From positions 1,550,001 through 1,614,000 of the forward strand of contig OZ251236.1 in assembly GCA_965240325.2 (NCBI GenBank): DNA of 64,000 nucleotides. Direction: 5' to 3'. The notes below the pieces were generated by a model. It was not told the DNA's origin and did no database searches. It saw nothing but the letters and a program-made list of their open reading frames with translations. This document shows, in pieces, positions 22,001 to 29,424 of this stretch (position 1 is its first letter; every line of letters begins with the position of its first letter). A program made the translations under genes and the position numbers. This stretch comes from Rebecca billardiae RCC1528 (taxonomy: Eukaryota > Protista > Haptophyta).

Positions 22001-25000
22001 AGTGCGCCTTCACGCGCGCCGACGGCGGCGGGGACGGTGGCGGCCCGCTGCTCTCGGGCGCGACGGTGCTGAGCGACGCGCGGCTGCGCTGCGCCATGCC
22101 CGCCGCCGCCTCGTCCGGCGCCCCCTCCGCCGCGGGCGCGTACACCGTCGGCCTCGCCCTCGGCGCCGTGGGCGCGTCCACGGACGTGGATGTCTCCGGG
22201 CTCTTCGGCCCGGTCTCGTTTGAGCTGTACGACATGGCGGCCGTGTCGGTGCTCGAGCTGCGCCCGCCGGGCGGGCCGGTGGGCGGCGGCACGGCGGTCA
22301 CGCTCGTGGGCTCGGGCTTTGCCGAGTACGGCGAGGGCCAGCTGTGCTGCGTGCTCGGCGGCGGCGGCTGCGCGGCGGCGGCGACGCTGCTGCCGCCGTC
22401 GGCGGCGGCGCCAACCCTGAGCCGCGCGCGCTGCGTGCTGCCGCCGCCGCTGGGCGGCGCGGCGGGCAGCGTGGCGCTCGAGCTCTCGCTTGGCGGCGGC
22501 AGCGCCGACTCGACCACCGCCTCGGCGCTGCCCTTCTTCGCGTACGACCCGCCCACCCTCGGCTCCGTCAGCCCGGCGAGCGGCGACGCGAACGGCGGCA
22601 CGGAGGTGACGATCGGGGGCGCGGGCTTCGACGCGCTGGCCGGCGGCGCGCTGCTGGCCGTGCGCTTCGGCGACGCGCCCGCGCAGCCGCCGGCGCGCGT
22701 CACGGCGGGCGAGGTTGTCGTCTCCACGCGGTACGGCGCCGCGGGCCGCGCGCAGCTCCGCGTCTCGCTCAACGGCCAGCAGTTCACGCCCGCGGCCGCC
22801 GCGACGCCGCCGCCCGCGGGTGCGCTCGCGTTCACGTTCGTCGGCCTGCACGCGCCCGTGCTCGAGGGTGTGGCGTTCAACGGCGCGGCGACGCTGATGG
22901 TGCTGCGCTTCGACGCGCAGCCGACCGACCGCGCGGGCATGGGCAGCGGCGTGGGCGAGTGCTCGCGCGTCCTCGACGACGACACCGTCGCGCTGGTCGG
23001 CGGCGGCGCGGCCGCGGCCGCGGCCGCGCCGCCGCAGTGCTACTGGACGGACGACTCGACGCTCGTCGCGCGGCTGAGCTCGGCGACGCTCGTGCGCGCC
23101 GGCTCGGAGGTGGGCGTGCGCGCGGGCGCGCTGCGCCCCGAGCAGTGCGGCACGCCGTGCGCCGCCGCCCTCGCCTCCGCCGCCGTGCGCGCCGCCATCG
23201 ACGCGGACGCGCCGTGCGGCGAGGGCGTGCCGTGCCCGACGCCTGTCGCAGCCGTGTCGGGCCCGGCGGTGCTCTCGGCTTGCCCGGGCGCGTCGCTCGC
23301 GCTCGACGGCTCCGCCTCGTCGCGCGGCGGCATCGGGCCCGCCGCCTTTGAGTGGCGCGTCGACCCGAGCCGCTCGGCGCGCGCGGCGTCGCTCAACGCG
23401 CGGCTGAGCGCGCTGCCGGCGCGCACGCCTCAGCTCTCGCTCGGCGGGCCCGGTGCGGCCTCGCCGACCGAGCTCGGCGTGAGCGGCTCGTTCGTGTTCG
23501 TGCTGCGCGTCACGTCGTTCCTTGGCGTGCCCTCCGCGCCCGCCGAGTGGCCCGTGTCGCGCGGCGACGGCGCCAGCCCGATCCTCGCCATCGACGGCGC
23601 GCCCGAGCTGCGCGCGCGCGCCTCCGAGCCCACGCTGCTGAGCGGGCGCGCGGAGCTCGCGCCGTGCTGGCCGCCGAGCTTCGAGCCGGCGATGGTGTTC
23701 AGCTGGGCGCTCGAGGGCGCAGCGCAGGTGGGCGGCGGCGCGAACGCGAGCAGCAGCGCCTCCGCCGGCGAGCTCGCCGCCGCGACGGACGTGCTGCTCG
23801 CGCGCCTCGCGTCCGCGCGCACCGCGGTGCTGCAGCTGCCGCCGCACTCGCTGGCCGCCGGCTGGGCGTACGACCTGGCGCTCACGGCGAGGATGGCGGC
23901 GGCACCCGCGCAGGCGTCGACGGCACGCGTGCGCGTGCGCGTCGCGCGGCAGCCGCTGCGCGCGGTGATCGCCGGCGGCGACCGCCGCGTGCCGAGCTCG
24001 CTGCGCCTCGCCGTCGACGCCTCCGCGTCATTCGACCCCGATGCGCCGACGGCCGACGGCGGCGACGGCGGCATGCCGCCGCTGTCGTTCGCGTGGAGCG
24101 TGGCGAACGCGAGCTCGCTCGAGCCGGTGGCTCTCGAGCCGTCCGCGGCGAACGCAAGCGGCGCGCTCTTCGAGCTTGCGCCCGGCACGCTGCCGCCGGG
24201 CGTGTACGCGCTCACCGTGCGCGTGTCCGCGCCCGGCCGCGCGCCCGCGGCCGCGTCGGTGACGGTCGAGGCGGTGCCGGGCGCGGTGCCCACGCTCGGC
24301 TTCGAGCCGCTCGGGCGGCGCAAGTGGCCGGCGGTGTTCGACCGGAACCCCGAGCGGCTGACTATTAACGCGCGCCTCGACGCCGCCTCGCGCGCGCTCG
24401 AGGCGGCGGGGCAGGCGCGCTTCAGCTACGAGTGGAGCGCGCGGCGCGTGGGCGCGGCCGGCGCGCTCGAGCCCGCCGGTCTCGACCTCGCGGACAGCGA
24501 GCGGGTGACCACGACGGGCGCGGCGCTGCGCACGGTCGCGATCCGCAGCGGCGCGCTCGCGCCCGGTGCGACGTACGCATTCCGCCTCGCCGTGCTCGGC
24601 GGCGCGCAGCCCGCGTACACGGAGGTGCGCGTCACGATCAATCGGCCGCCGTACGGCGGAGGGCTCGAGGTGGCGCCGGCGTCGGGCGTGGCGCTGCAGA
24701 CGAGCTTTGCGCTGTACGCGGCGGGGTGGGCGGAGGACGACGAGGAGGACCTGCCGCTGAGCTACGCGTTCTCGCACGCGCCGCTCGGCACCGACGCCGT
24801 CGCCGCCGTCGCCGCGCTCGGCGCCGCCTCCGCCTCCGCCTCGGCGGCCGCGCTTCTCCCCGCGGGCAACCGCACGCTCACCGTCAGGGTGGCGGACGCG
24901 CTCGGCGGCGCGGCGCACGCGCACACGGCCGTGGCCGTCGCGCCGCCCGGCGAGGGCGCGGGGCTACTCGACTCGGTGCTCACGCGCGCGTACGCCGCGG

Positions 25001-28000
25001 TCGCGACGGGCGCGGCCGAGACCGCCACGCAGCTCGTGAGCGCCCTCGCCGACGCGCTTGACGCGACGCCCGCGGGCGGCGACAACGCCACCGTCGCCTC
25101 GGCCACGCTCGCTCGGCTGCTCGAGCTCACGGCGGGCGCGGCGGAGGCGTCCGCGCCGACCGCCGAAGCACGCGCGGCGAGCGCGTCCGCGCTCGCCGCC
25201 GTGCTCGAGGCCGCGCCGCCCGGCGCGTTCGACGCCTCCGCGCAGACCGCGGGCCTCGAGCAGGTCGCCGCCCTCGCGTCGCAGTCGGCCGCGTCGGGCG
25301 TCGACGGACCGACCGCGGCCGCGCTGCTGCGCGCGGCGGACGCGGCGCTCTCCGCCGACACCGACGCCGACGCGCCGCTGAGCGCGGCGGAGGCGGAGGC
25401 CGTGGGCGGAGCGGCGACGAGCGCGGTGGGCGCGCTCGCCATCGCGCTGCTCGCCGGCGCCGTGTCGGGCGAGGCGCCCTTCGAGGCCGTGGGCAAGGCC
25501 ATCAATGTGAGCGCGACGCGCGCGGACGCGGGCGCGCTCGGCAACATCACGCTGCCCGGGCCGGGCGGCGCGGGTTCGGTGGGCGTGCCGGCGAGCGTGT
25601 TCGGCGGCGTGCCGCTCGAGCTGCTCGAGGGCGGCGTCGACGTCGTGCTCTGGTCCTCGGCGCGCAACGTGCACGGCGACCCGTCGACGCAGGCGAATGG
25701 CACGGCCGTGGCGTCGGGGCTGGTGACGCCCGTCTTCTCCGTCACGCTCTACTCGGCGTCGGCCGGGCTGGCGCTCACCATCTCCGACCTGCCGGACGAC
25801 GGGCGCGTGCTGATCGAGGTGCCCGGGCTCGACGGCGCGGGCGGCGCGGGCGAGTGGGGCTGCGTGTGGTGGGACGAGGGCGCGAGCGCGTGGCTCGATG
25901 ACGGCTGCGAGACGGTGGTCGCGCGTGCGGACGACGGCTCGCTCGCGCGCTACTGCGCGTGCACGCACCTGACCGACTTTGCGGGCGTGGCCGTGCCGAC
26001 GGACGCGGACGCGGCGCGCACCGAGGTGGTCGAGTTCAACATCAACACGCTCTCCCTTGATGACGCCGCTGCAGCCGTCGGCGTCGGCTCCGGCCCCGTC
26101 CTCGCGCGCAACCCGTACATCTTCTGGCTGGTGGTGGCGATGAGTGCCGGCTGCGGACTCAGCGTGGCGCTGTTCGGGGCGCGCGACTTGCGCGACCACG
26201 CGCGGCGCAAGGAGCGCATCCGGCGGCTGCTCGCGAGCGAGGCCGGGCCCGCCGGTGGGCTGCCGGCCTCGCCGGCCAAGCCGGCCAAGCCCTCTCTCTT
26301 CCAGCGCCGCGCGGCCAAGCTCCAGGCGGAGGAGGACGCCCTGTTTGGCGGCTCACCGTGGCGGCCCGCGCCCGCCGACGCGCCCGCCGCCGTCGGCACG
26401 CACAGCCGGCCCGCCTCCTCCTCCGTCCCGGGGCCGCGCTTGGTCGCGCCGGCGGACGGCTGGGACGCGGGCGGGCGCGCGGTGCGCGCGTCGGCCCCTC
26501 TCGCCTCCATCTCGCCCGAGGGCAGCTTCGCACAGCGGCAGCCGCCCCAGCTCTCGCCGCGGCGCGGCAGCGACGGCGCCGCTAGCCGCGGCGGCGCGGA
26601 GGCGCTCGGCTTTGCCGACAGGCTCGAGGCGCGGCTCGACGACCTCGACGACCTGGTGGACGAGACGAAGCGGCGCGCGGCGCTCACGATGCAGAAGTAC
26701 GCGCGCGGGCGCAAGGCGCGCGCCCTTGTCGACGAGGCCTCGCCCCAGTTCCGCGAGCGCAAGGCGCGCGCCTCGGACCGCACGCGCGACCACTCGCTGA
26801 CCAAGCTCGTGCGGCTCGTGGGCGAGAGGCTGAGCACAGACCACTCGCTGCTCGGCATCTGGTTCGCCGACCCGGAGGACGCGAAGCGCGCCGAGCTGGC
26901 GCAGATCTTCTGGAACATCGCGATGCTCGGCCTCGTGATCACGTGCATGCTCTACGACGCGAGCGGCGGGCCTCCGGACGCGTCGGCGGCGCCGAGCGTC
27001 TCGCTGCTGAGCGCGGTGCTCACGGCGCTTCTCACCGCGGCCCTCTCGTTCCCCGCGCTCGCGCTCTTCCGGCTGCTCTTCCGCTGGGGGTACGGCCGGC
27101 GCTCGGCGCCGCTCTCGAAGCGCGTGTTCGCCACGTTCCTCCGCGCCGAGCTCGCGCAGCGCGAACGCGAGCGCGCGCCCTTCTCCACCGCCGTCAAGAC
27201 GAGCGTGCGCACCGGCGCGTACCTGCGGCCCGCGCTGCCGCGCAAGAACTCAGACCGGCGCGGCGACGGCGGCGCGCTGCGCGCCGCCGCGCCCGCCGAC
27301 CTCGAGCTCGCGCGCGAGTTCGCGCGGCGCGCGTCGATCGAGGCGGAGCGCTCCTCCATGCCGAGCATGCCCGGGCTCGCGCCGGTCACGCTGCCCGGCA
27401 TGCCCGGCCGCTCGTCGCCGCGCGCCAAGCCGCGGCCGCCGCCGCCGCCGGGCATGACGGTGCGCCGGCCGGGCGGGCCCCGCGCCACCGGCCAGCTGCC
27501 GCCGAGCATGGCAGCGTCGATGGCGGCGACGGCGGCGGTGGCGGCGGCGGCGGGCGCTTCGGAGGGCGAGCGCACCGACGCGCCCGCCGCGGCCACGGCC
27601 GCCAAGCCGGGCAGCCTCTTCGCGCCGCGGGCGGTGGCCGTGCCGAGTGCCGACGCGTTCAAGCAGGCGCGAGTCACGCCCGTGCCCACCGCGGGCGCGC
27701 TCGACCCCGGCTCGTTCGGCCGGCACAGGAAGTCGGACGAGGACGAGTTCGAGGCGAGCGGCAGCTTCAACCAAGCGTCGTCCGAGCGCGCCGCCCGGCG
27801 CGCGGTCGCCGCGTCGCTCAGCGTCTCGCTCCGGGGCACGAGCGCGCACGCGGAGGCGGAGCGCGCGGCCGCGGCCGAGCCGCCGTCCGCGCTCGGCCTC
27901 GTGCGCGACTTTGCCGACGTGGCGTCGAACCGTCACGGCCGCTCGCCGCACCCCGGCTCGCCGCCGCTGAGGCGCGATGACGCGCCGCTCACGCCCAGCG

Positions 28001-28914
28001 GCCTCGCGGGTCAGCGCCGCCCGCACTCGCGCCCCTCCTCGGCATCGTGCGCCGCCATCTCCGCCGCGTCCACCCCGCGTGCGAGCGCAGCAGACGGCGA
28101 GGAGGCGGGTGCGACCGAGGAGGCGGAGGCGGCGATGCGCACGAGCATTAGCGAGGTGCTGCCCACGCCCCCGCCCAGCCCGCCGCCGCCGGGCGGTCCG
28201 GCGTTCTCGTTCAAGACGGGGCAGGTCCCCGCGCCTACCGACCTGCCGCCCGCCGCCGGTCCCGCCGCCGCTGCTGCGGAGGAGGAGGCGGAGGGCGGCG
28301 GTCTGGACGAGCAGACGGTCGCGCTGCTCAAGCTCAAGTTCGAGGCGTTCGACGCGGACGACAACGGCTCGGTGGACGGCACCGAGTTCGGCGCGCTGCT
28401 CGAGTCGCTCGGCTTCCGGCTGCGCCCGCGCCGCGTCAAGCAGCTCGCCTCGGAGCTGGACACCAACGGCAACGGGCTGATCGGCTTCGACGAGCTGTGC
28501 GACTGGTACGAGAAGATGGTCGCGGACGAGGCCGCAAAGGAGGCGCGCCGCGCGGCGGGCTGGCAAGGCCGCGTGCGCCGCGTGCTGCGCAGGCTGACGC
28601 CGCCGCCACTCGTCAAGCTCTTGCTCGCGTGGCTGGCGATGTGGGCCATCTTCGTCGCGCTCGCGCTGCTCGCGGTCGCGTACGCGCTCACGTTTGGCGC
28701 GCAGCAGACGCGCTGGCTCCTCTTCAGCTGGACGTTCGCCGAGGTGCAGACGCTCGGGCTGGAGGAGCCGGTCATCATCGCGATCACCGTGCTCGCGCCC
28801 ATCCTCTTCGACCGGCTGCTCTCGCAGGGCGGCGCGACGGGCGAGGCGATCAACGAGCTGCTCGCGACGACCGTCGCGACGGCCGTCACCGCGATGCACA
28901 ACCTCTGCGGCTGA
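13054..28914 (+). CDS. Giant polycystin-1-like surface receptor, copy 1 (head type A; 5286 aa): SP, 6x FG-GAP, extensin-like shaft, SEA-like, Pro shaft 2, 3x IPT/TIG, REJ, GAIN/GPS, 5 TM, IQ, 2x EF-hand
   Basis: Uninterrupted ORF 12862..28914. ATG 13054 gives a signal peptide (MRPRKWTLTQAAVLLLAVAPGTVNAQ). Motifs: six GDxxxDGxxDxxxGA repeats; REJ-type NRPPYGGGLEVAPASGVALQTSF..W..D.DLPLSYAF; GPS CVWWD..W..GC..CACTHLTDF; two canonical EF loops. Confidence 0.88.
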   Translation: MRPRKWTLTQAAVLLLAVAPGTVNAQFVSIEREQKISATSGGLDASSVSAGDELGWKGLAFVGDLDGDGVPDAVAGLHMASSADGAALVLFLRANGTVHTEQRLASGQRGLPVLVSAGKFGAGVAALGDVNNDGVPDVAIGASEAGGGRVYMCFMNADGTVNATEQIGQGLGGFTGTLGSSDLFGQALANAGDLDGDGNLELLVGAPGDSAMYVLFTNSTGTVTSHTKIAAGSGGLVAAPSANDVFGEALAGLGDVNGDGVPDALVGAPGDKDGGNQAGAVYVLMLDATGAVIAEQKITEGLVNPPGGFDRFGFAVSALGDLNGDGVVDCAVGAESTDDGVSNSGSVYILLLTSAGAVLDERKINTLSTDLTAELASGDHLGSALSAADVDADGTVDLLVGAWGDDDGGSDAGAIYLWHLNAWQPPSPPPSPPPPAPPPSPPPAALLPSPPPSPPPSPPPSPPPSPPPSPPPSPPPSPPPSPPPSPPPSPPPPTPPPSPPPSPPPSPPPSPPPSPPPPSPPPSPPPSPPPSPPPSPPPSPPPSSPHPTPPPSPPPTPPPSPPPSPLPRSPPPSPPPAPPPSPPPSPPPPSPPPSPPPSPPPTPPPSSPPSPPPSPPPSPPPSSPPPVPPPSPPPSPPPSRPPSPPPSPPPSPPPPSPPPSPPPSPPPSPPPSPPPPSPPPSPPPSPPPRPPPSPPPPSPPPSPPPSPPPSPPPSSPPSPPPTPPPSPPPSPPPSPPPPSPPPSPPPSPPPLPPPSPPPPSLPPSPPPSPPPSPPPSPPPPGSPPSPPPSPPPTPPPSPPPPGPPPSPPPSPLPGPPPSPPPPSPPPSPPPSLPPSPPPSPPPSPPPPSPPPRPPPSPPPSPPPSPTPPSPPPSPPPSPPPAPPPSPPPPLPPPSPPPSPPPSPPPSPPPPSPPPSPPPSPPPSPSPSTPPPSPPPSPPPSPPPSPPPSPPPSLPPPSPPPSPPPSPPPSPPPLPPPSPPPSPPPSPPPSPPPSPPPSPPPSPPPSPPPPSPPPSPPPSPPPSPPPSPPPPSPPPSPPPSPPPSPPPSPPPPTPPPSPPPTPPPSPPPSPPPPSPPPSPPPAPPPSPPPSPPPPSPPPSPPPSPPPSPPPRPPPSPPPSPPPSPPPSPPPPSPPPSPPPSPPPPPPPSPPPPSLPPSPPPSPPPSPPPSPPPPSPPPSPPPSLPPSPPPSPPPPSPPPSPPPSPPPSPPPSPPPPSPPPSPPPSPPPSPPPSPPPPSPPPSPPPSPPPSPPPSPPPPSPPPSPPPSPPPSPPPSPPPPTPPPSPPPTPPPSPPPSPPPPSPPPSPPPLPPPSPPPSPPPSPPPLPPPSPPPSPPPSPPPSPPPSPPPSPPPSPPPSPPPPSPPPSPPPSPPPSPPPSPPPPSPPPSPPPSPPPSPPPSPPPPTSPPSPPPTPPPSPPPSPPPPSPPPSPPPAPPPSPPPSPPPPSPPPSPPPSPPPSPPPRPPPSPPPSPPPSPPPSPPPPSPPPSPPPSSPPSPPPSSPPPSLPPSPPPSPPPSPPPSPPPLSPPPIPPPSPPPSPPPSPPPPSPPPSPPPSPPPSPPPSPPPPTPPPSPPPTPPPSPPPSPPPPSPPPSPPPAPPPSPPPSPPPPSPPPSPPPSPPPSPPPSPPPSPPPSPPPSPPPSPPPSPPPSPPPSPPPSPPPPSPPPSPPPSPPPSPPPSPPPPSPPPSPPPSPPPSPPPSPPPPSPPPSPPPTPPPSPPPSPPPPSPPPSPPPSPPPSPPPSPPPPSPPPSPPPTPPPSPPPSPPPPSPPPSPPPSPPPSPPPSPPPPSPPPSPPPSPPPSPPPSPPPPSSPPSPPPSPPPSPPPSPPPPSPPPSPPPSPPPSPPPSPPPPSPPPSPPPTPPPSPPPSPPPPSPPPSPPPSPPPAPPPSPPPPSPPPSPPPSPPPSPPPSPPPPSPPPSPPPAPPPSPPPPSPPPSPPPSPPPSPPPSPPPPSPPPSPPPSPPPNPPPSPPPSPPPSPPPAPPPSPPPPSPPPSPPPSPPPSPPPSPPPPSPPPSPPPSPPPVPPPSPPPPSPPPSPPPISPPSPPPSPPPPSPPPSPPPASPPAPPPSPPPPSPPPTPPPSPPPSPPPSPPPPGAPPSPPPSPPPLHPPAPPPSPPPSPPPSPPPQPPPPLPPPSPPPSPPPNPPPSPPPPSPPPAPPPAPPPQPPPSPPPPGLPPSPPPSPPPAPPPRPPPPSPPPNPPPSPPPSPPPNPPPPSPPPSPPPSPPPTPPPPGPPPSPPPAPPPQAPPPPPPTPPPSPPPSPPPSPPPLPPPPSPPRPPPFVPPPLPPSASPPPSAPPPSAPPSPPPLSPPPSPPGSSSYLGLTLDAEPSAYGTQAAQRALADGLASAAAIPAEWVGVVSVSAASVRVVLRVFQPSDPAAPDAAAALQALSAEGLGASLGVGVLVTPEPLVAGCSEPGAANYEPGVEVDDGSCVAHSPPPPASPPSAPPSPPPASPPPSPPPSPPPSPPPPSPPPLLPPPPRVAPFPPPSPPSPPPAPPPSPPPSPPPGAPPAPPPSAPPSAPPSEPPSAPPPAPPPSSPPQPPPRPPPRPPPPSPPPALPPPPRAEPFPPPAPPSPPPRPPPPRPPPSPPPSPPPLPPPPPPGTPPASPPSPPPPPPPHAPPLLPPSPPPSPPPMPPLPSLPPSPPPRPPPPSAPPSPPPPPRTEPFPPPAPPSPPPSPPPSPPPPSPPPSPPPSPPPSPPSPPPLPPPRDPPSAPPSAPPTPPPSPSPRPPPGAPPSSPPMPPPNLPPHAPPPHPPPSPPPGTPPPMPPPSPPPTPPPPSPPPSLPPPPRTEPFPPPAPPSPPPNPPPSPPPQSPPPSPSPPSSPSPPSPPPPPPPTTPPSEPPTTPPAPPPTPPPPPPPPAPPPRPPPVPPTPPPPPRTEPFPPPAPPSPPPSPPPSPPPSSPPPPPPSPPPSPPPGPPPHPPPSSPPPLPPPSPPPPPPPAIRVSVLGGSREGAPLGSDDAALELEGAGFDSLAGGAFGEIQCAFTRADGGGDGGGPLLSGATVLSDARLRCAMPAAASSGAPSAAGAYTVGLALGAVGASTDVDVSGLFGPVSFELYDMAAVSVLELRPPGGPVGGGTAVTLVGSGFAEYGEGQLCCVLGGGGCAAAATLLPPSAAAPTLSRARCVLPPPLGGAAGSVALELSLGGGSADSTTASALPFFAYDPPTLGSVSPASGDANGGTEVTIGGAGFDALAGGALLAVRFGDAPAQPPARVTAGEVVVSTRYGAAGRAQLRVSLNGQQFTPAAAATPPPAGALAFTFVGLHAPVLEGVAFNGAATLMVLRFDAQPTDRAGMGSGVGECSRVLDDDTVALVGGGAAAAAAAPPQCYWTDDSTLVARLSSATLVRAGSEVGVRAGALRPEQCGTPCAAALASAAVRAAIDADAPCGEGVPCPTPVAAVSGPAVLSACPGASLALDGSASSRGGIGPAAFEWRVDPSRSARAASLNARLSALPARTPQLSLGGPGAASPTELGVSGSFVFVLRVTSFLGVPSAPAEWPVSRGDGASPILAIDGAPELRARASEPTLLSGRAELAPCWPPSFEPAMVFSWALEGAAQVGGGANASSSASAGELAAATDVLLARLASARTAVLQLPPHSLAAGWAYDLALTARMAAAPAQASTARVRVRVARQPLRAVIAGGDRRVPSSLRLAVDASASFDPDAPTADGGDGGMPPLSFAWSVANASSLEPVALEPSAANASGALFELAPGTLPPGVYALTVRVSAPGRAPAAASVTVEAVPGAVPTLGFEPLGRRKWPAVFDRNPERLTINARLDAASRALEAAGQARFSYEWSARRVGAAGALEPAGLDLADSERVTTTGAALRTVAIRSGALAPGATYAFRLAVLGGAQPAYTEVRVTINRPPYGGGLEVAPASGVALQTSFALYAAGWAEDDEEDLPLSYAFSHAPLGTDAVAAVAALGAASASASAAALLPAGNRTLTVRVADALGGAAHAHTAVAVAPPGEGAGLLDSVLTRAYAAVATGAAETATQLVSALADALDATPAGGDNATVASATLARLLELTAGAAEASAPTAEARAASASALAAVLEAAPPGAFDASAQTAGLEQVAALASQSAASGVDGPTAAALLRAADAALSADTDADAPLSAAEAEAVGGAATSAVGALAIALLAGAVSGEAPFEAVGKAINVSATRADAGALGNITLPGPGGAGSVGVPASVFGGVPLELLEGGVDVVLWSSARNVHGDPSTQANGTAVASGLVTPVFSVTLYSASAGLALTISDLPDDGRVLIEVPGLDGAGGAGEWGCVWWDEGASAWLDDGCETVVARADDGSLARYCACTHLTDFAGVAVPTDADAARTEVVEFNINTLSLDDAAAAVGVGSGPVLARNPYIFWLVVAMSAGCGLSVALFGARDLRDHARRKERIRRLLASEAGPAGGLPASPAKPAKPSLFQRRAAKLQAEEDALFGGSPWRPAPADAPAAVGTHSRPASSSVPGPRLVAPADGWDAGGRAVRASAPLASISPEGSFAQRQPPQLSPRRGSDGAASRGGAEALGFADRLEARLDDLDDLVDETKRRAALTMQKYARGRKARALVDEASPQFRERKARASDRTRDHSLTKLVRLVGERLSTDHSLLGIWFADPEDAKRAELAQIFWNIAMLGLVITCMLYDASGGPPDASAAPSVSLLSAVLTALLTAALSFPALALFRLLFRWGYGRRSAPLSKRVFATFLRAELAQRERERAPFSTAVKTSVRTGAYLRPALPRKNSDRRGDGGALRAAAPADLELAREFARRASIEAERSSMPSMPGLAPVTLPGMPGRSSPRAKPRPPPPPGMTVRRPGGPRATGQLPPSMAASMAATAAVAAAAGASEGERTDAPAAATAAKPGSLFAPRAVAVPSADAFKQARVTPVPTAGALDPGSFGRHRKSDEDEFEASGSFNQASSERAARRAVAASLSVSLRGTSAHAEAERAAAAEPPSALGLVRDFADVASNRHGRSPHPGSPPLRRDDAPLTPSGLAGQRRPHSRPSSASCAAISAASTPRASAADGEEAGATEEAEAAMRTSISEVLPTPPPSPPPPGGPAFSFKTGQVPAPTDLPPAAGPAAAAAEEEAEGGGLDEQTVALLKLKFEAFDADDNGSVDGTEFGALLESLGFRLRPRRVKQLASELDTNGNGLIGFDELCDWYEKMVADEAAKEARRAAGWQGRVRRVLRRLTPPPLVKLLLAWLAMWAIFVALALLAVAYALTFGAQQTRWLLFSWTFAEVQTLGLEEPVIIAITVLAPILFDRLLSQGGATGEAINELLATTVATAVTAMHNLCG
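13140..14310 (+). other. FG-GAP beta-propeller head A (6 repeats)
   Basis: GDLDGDGVPD, GDVNNDGVPD, GDLDGDGNLE, GDVNGDGVPD, GDLNGDGVVD and ADVDADGTVD, each preceded by (F/L)G and mostly followed by GA(P). Confidence 0.9.
14326..19989 (+). repeat. Coding minisatellite, extensin-like (SPPP)n/SPPPP shaft of copy 1 (~1888 codons)
   Basis: 12-nt units (e.g. agcccgccgccg) mixed with 15-nt units; internal duplication with 1050-bp offset (15961 vs 17011; 16290 vs 17340). Confidence 0.95.
20353..21876 (+). repeat. Second, more degenerate Pro-rich segment (508 codons); equivalents at 38017-39540 and 55462-56985
   Basis: Poly-Pro with S/A/T/R/L; recurring R(T/A)EPFPPPAPP motif; same length in all three copies. 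Confidence 0.9.
21877..25989 (+). other. 3x IPT/TIG, REJ and GAIN/GPS ectodomain of copy 1 (offset +17664 in copy 2, +35109 in copy 3)
   Basis: IPT signatures LRPPGGPVGGGTAVTLVGSGF and SVSPASGDANGGTEVTIGGAGF...VSLNGQQF; REJ Ig-like repeats (LDGSAS, VDASASFDPD, LSFAW); GPS at 25858-25989. Confidence 0.8.
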
Positions 28915-28925
28915 GCTTGGATAAA

Positions 28926-28964
28926 CCCAACGGGATTCTCATACCGGCCCAACGGGATTCTCAT
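28926..28964. repeat. 17-bp direct repeat CCCAACGGGATTCTCAT x2 just downstream of the stop codon (also at 46587-46625)
   Basis: 28926-28942 and 28948-28964 are identical, with a 5-bp spacer. Confidence 0.9.
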
Positions 28965-29424
28965 GGCCTTTGGGCGCCTTATTTTTGGTAGTAACGACAT
29001 GGGTATGGTTTTGATAATTTGTGTAGTGTATAATTCTGTTGATTGGCGCAGCTCCATAACTCCATAAGTAATTCGACAAGGTCGGCTATTAATTCCTCGA
29101 TCAATCAAGGGATGACTATGATAACGTCGTCCTCGACTCCTCGCCGACGACGAGTCGCCGTCGTCGTCGTCGTCGCCTGGTGTACCATACCCTCGTGGAC
29201 CCGCATATCTATCATCCTTGAGTGTATTTCTGGAATACCCCTCACGAACGCTCCAAGTACAGTTTTACTAAGAATAAGAGACGCACACACCTCAGGCAGG
29301 CGAGTACGACGCGCTGGTCATGCTCCTCCAACAACACCTTGGTGCTCGGGCCGCGGCGCGCATTGGGCGCGCCTTGCCGGGCGTGTCGGGTGCCGACGCG
29401 CTCGCACGTCGCCTCCGCCGCCGC

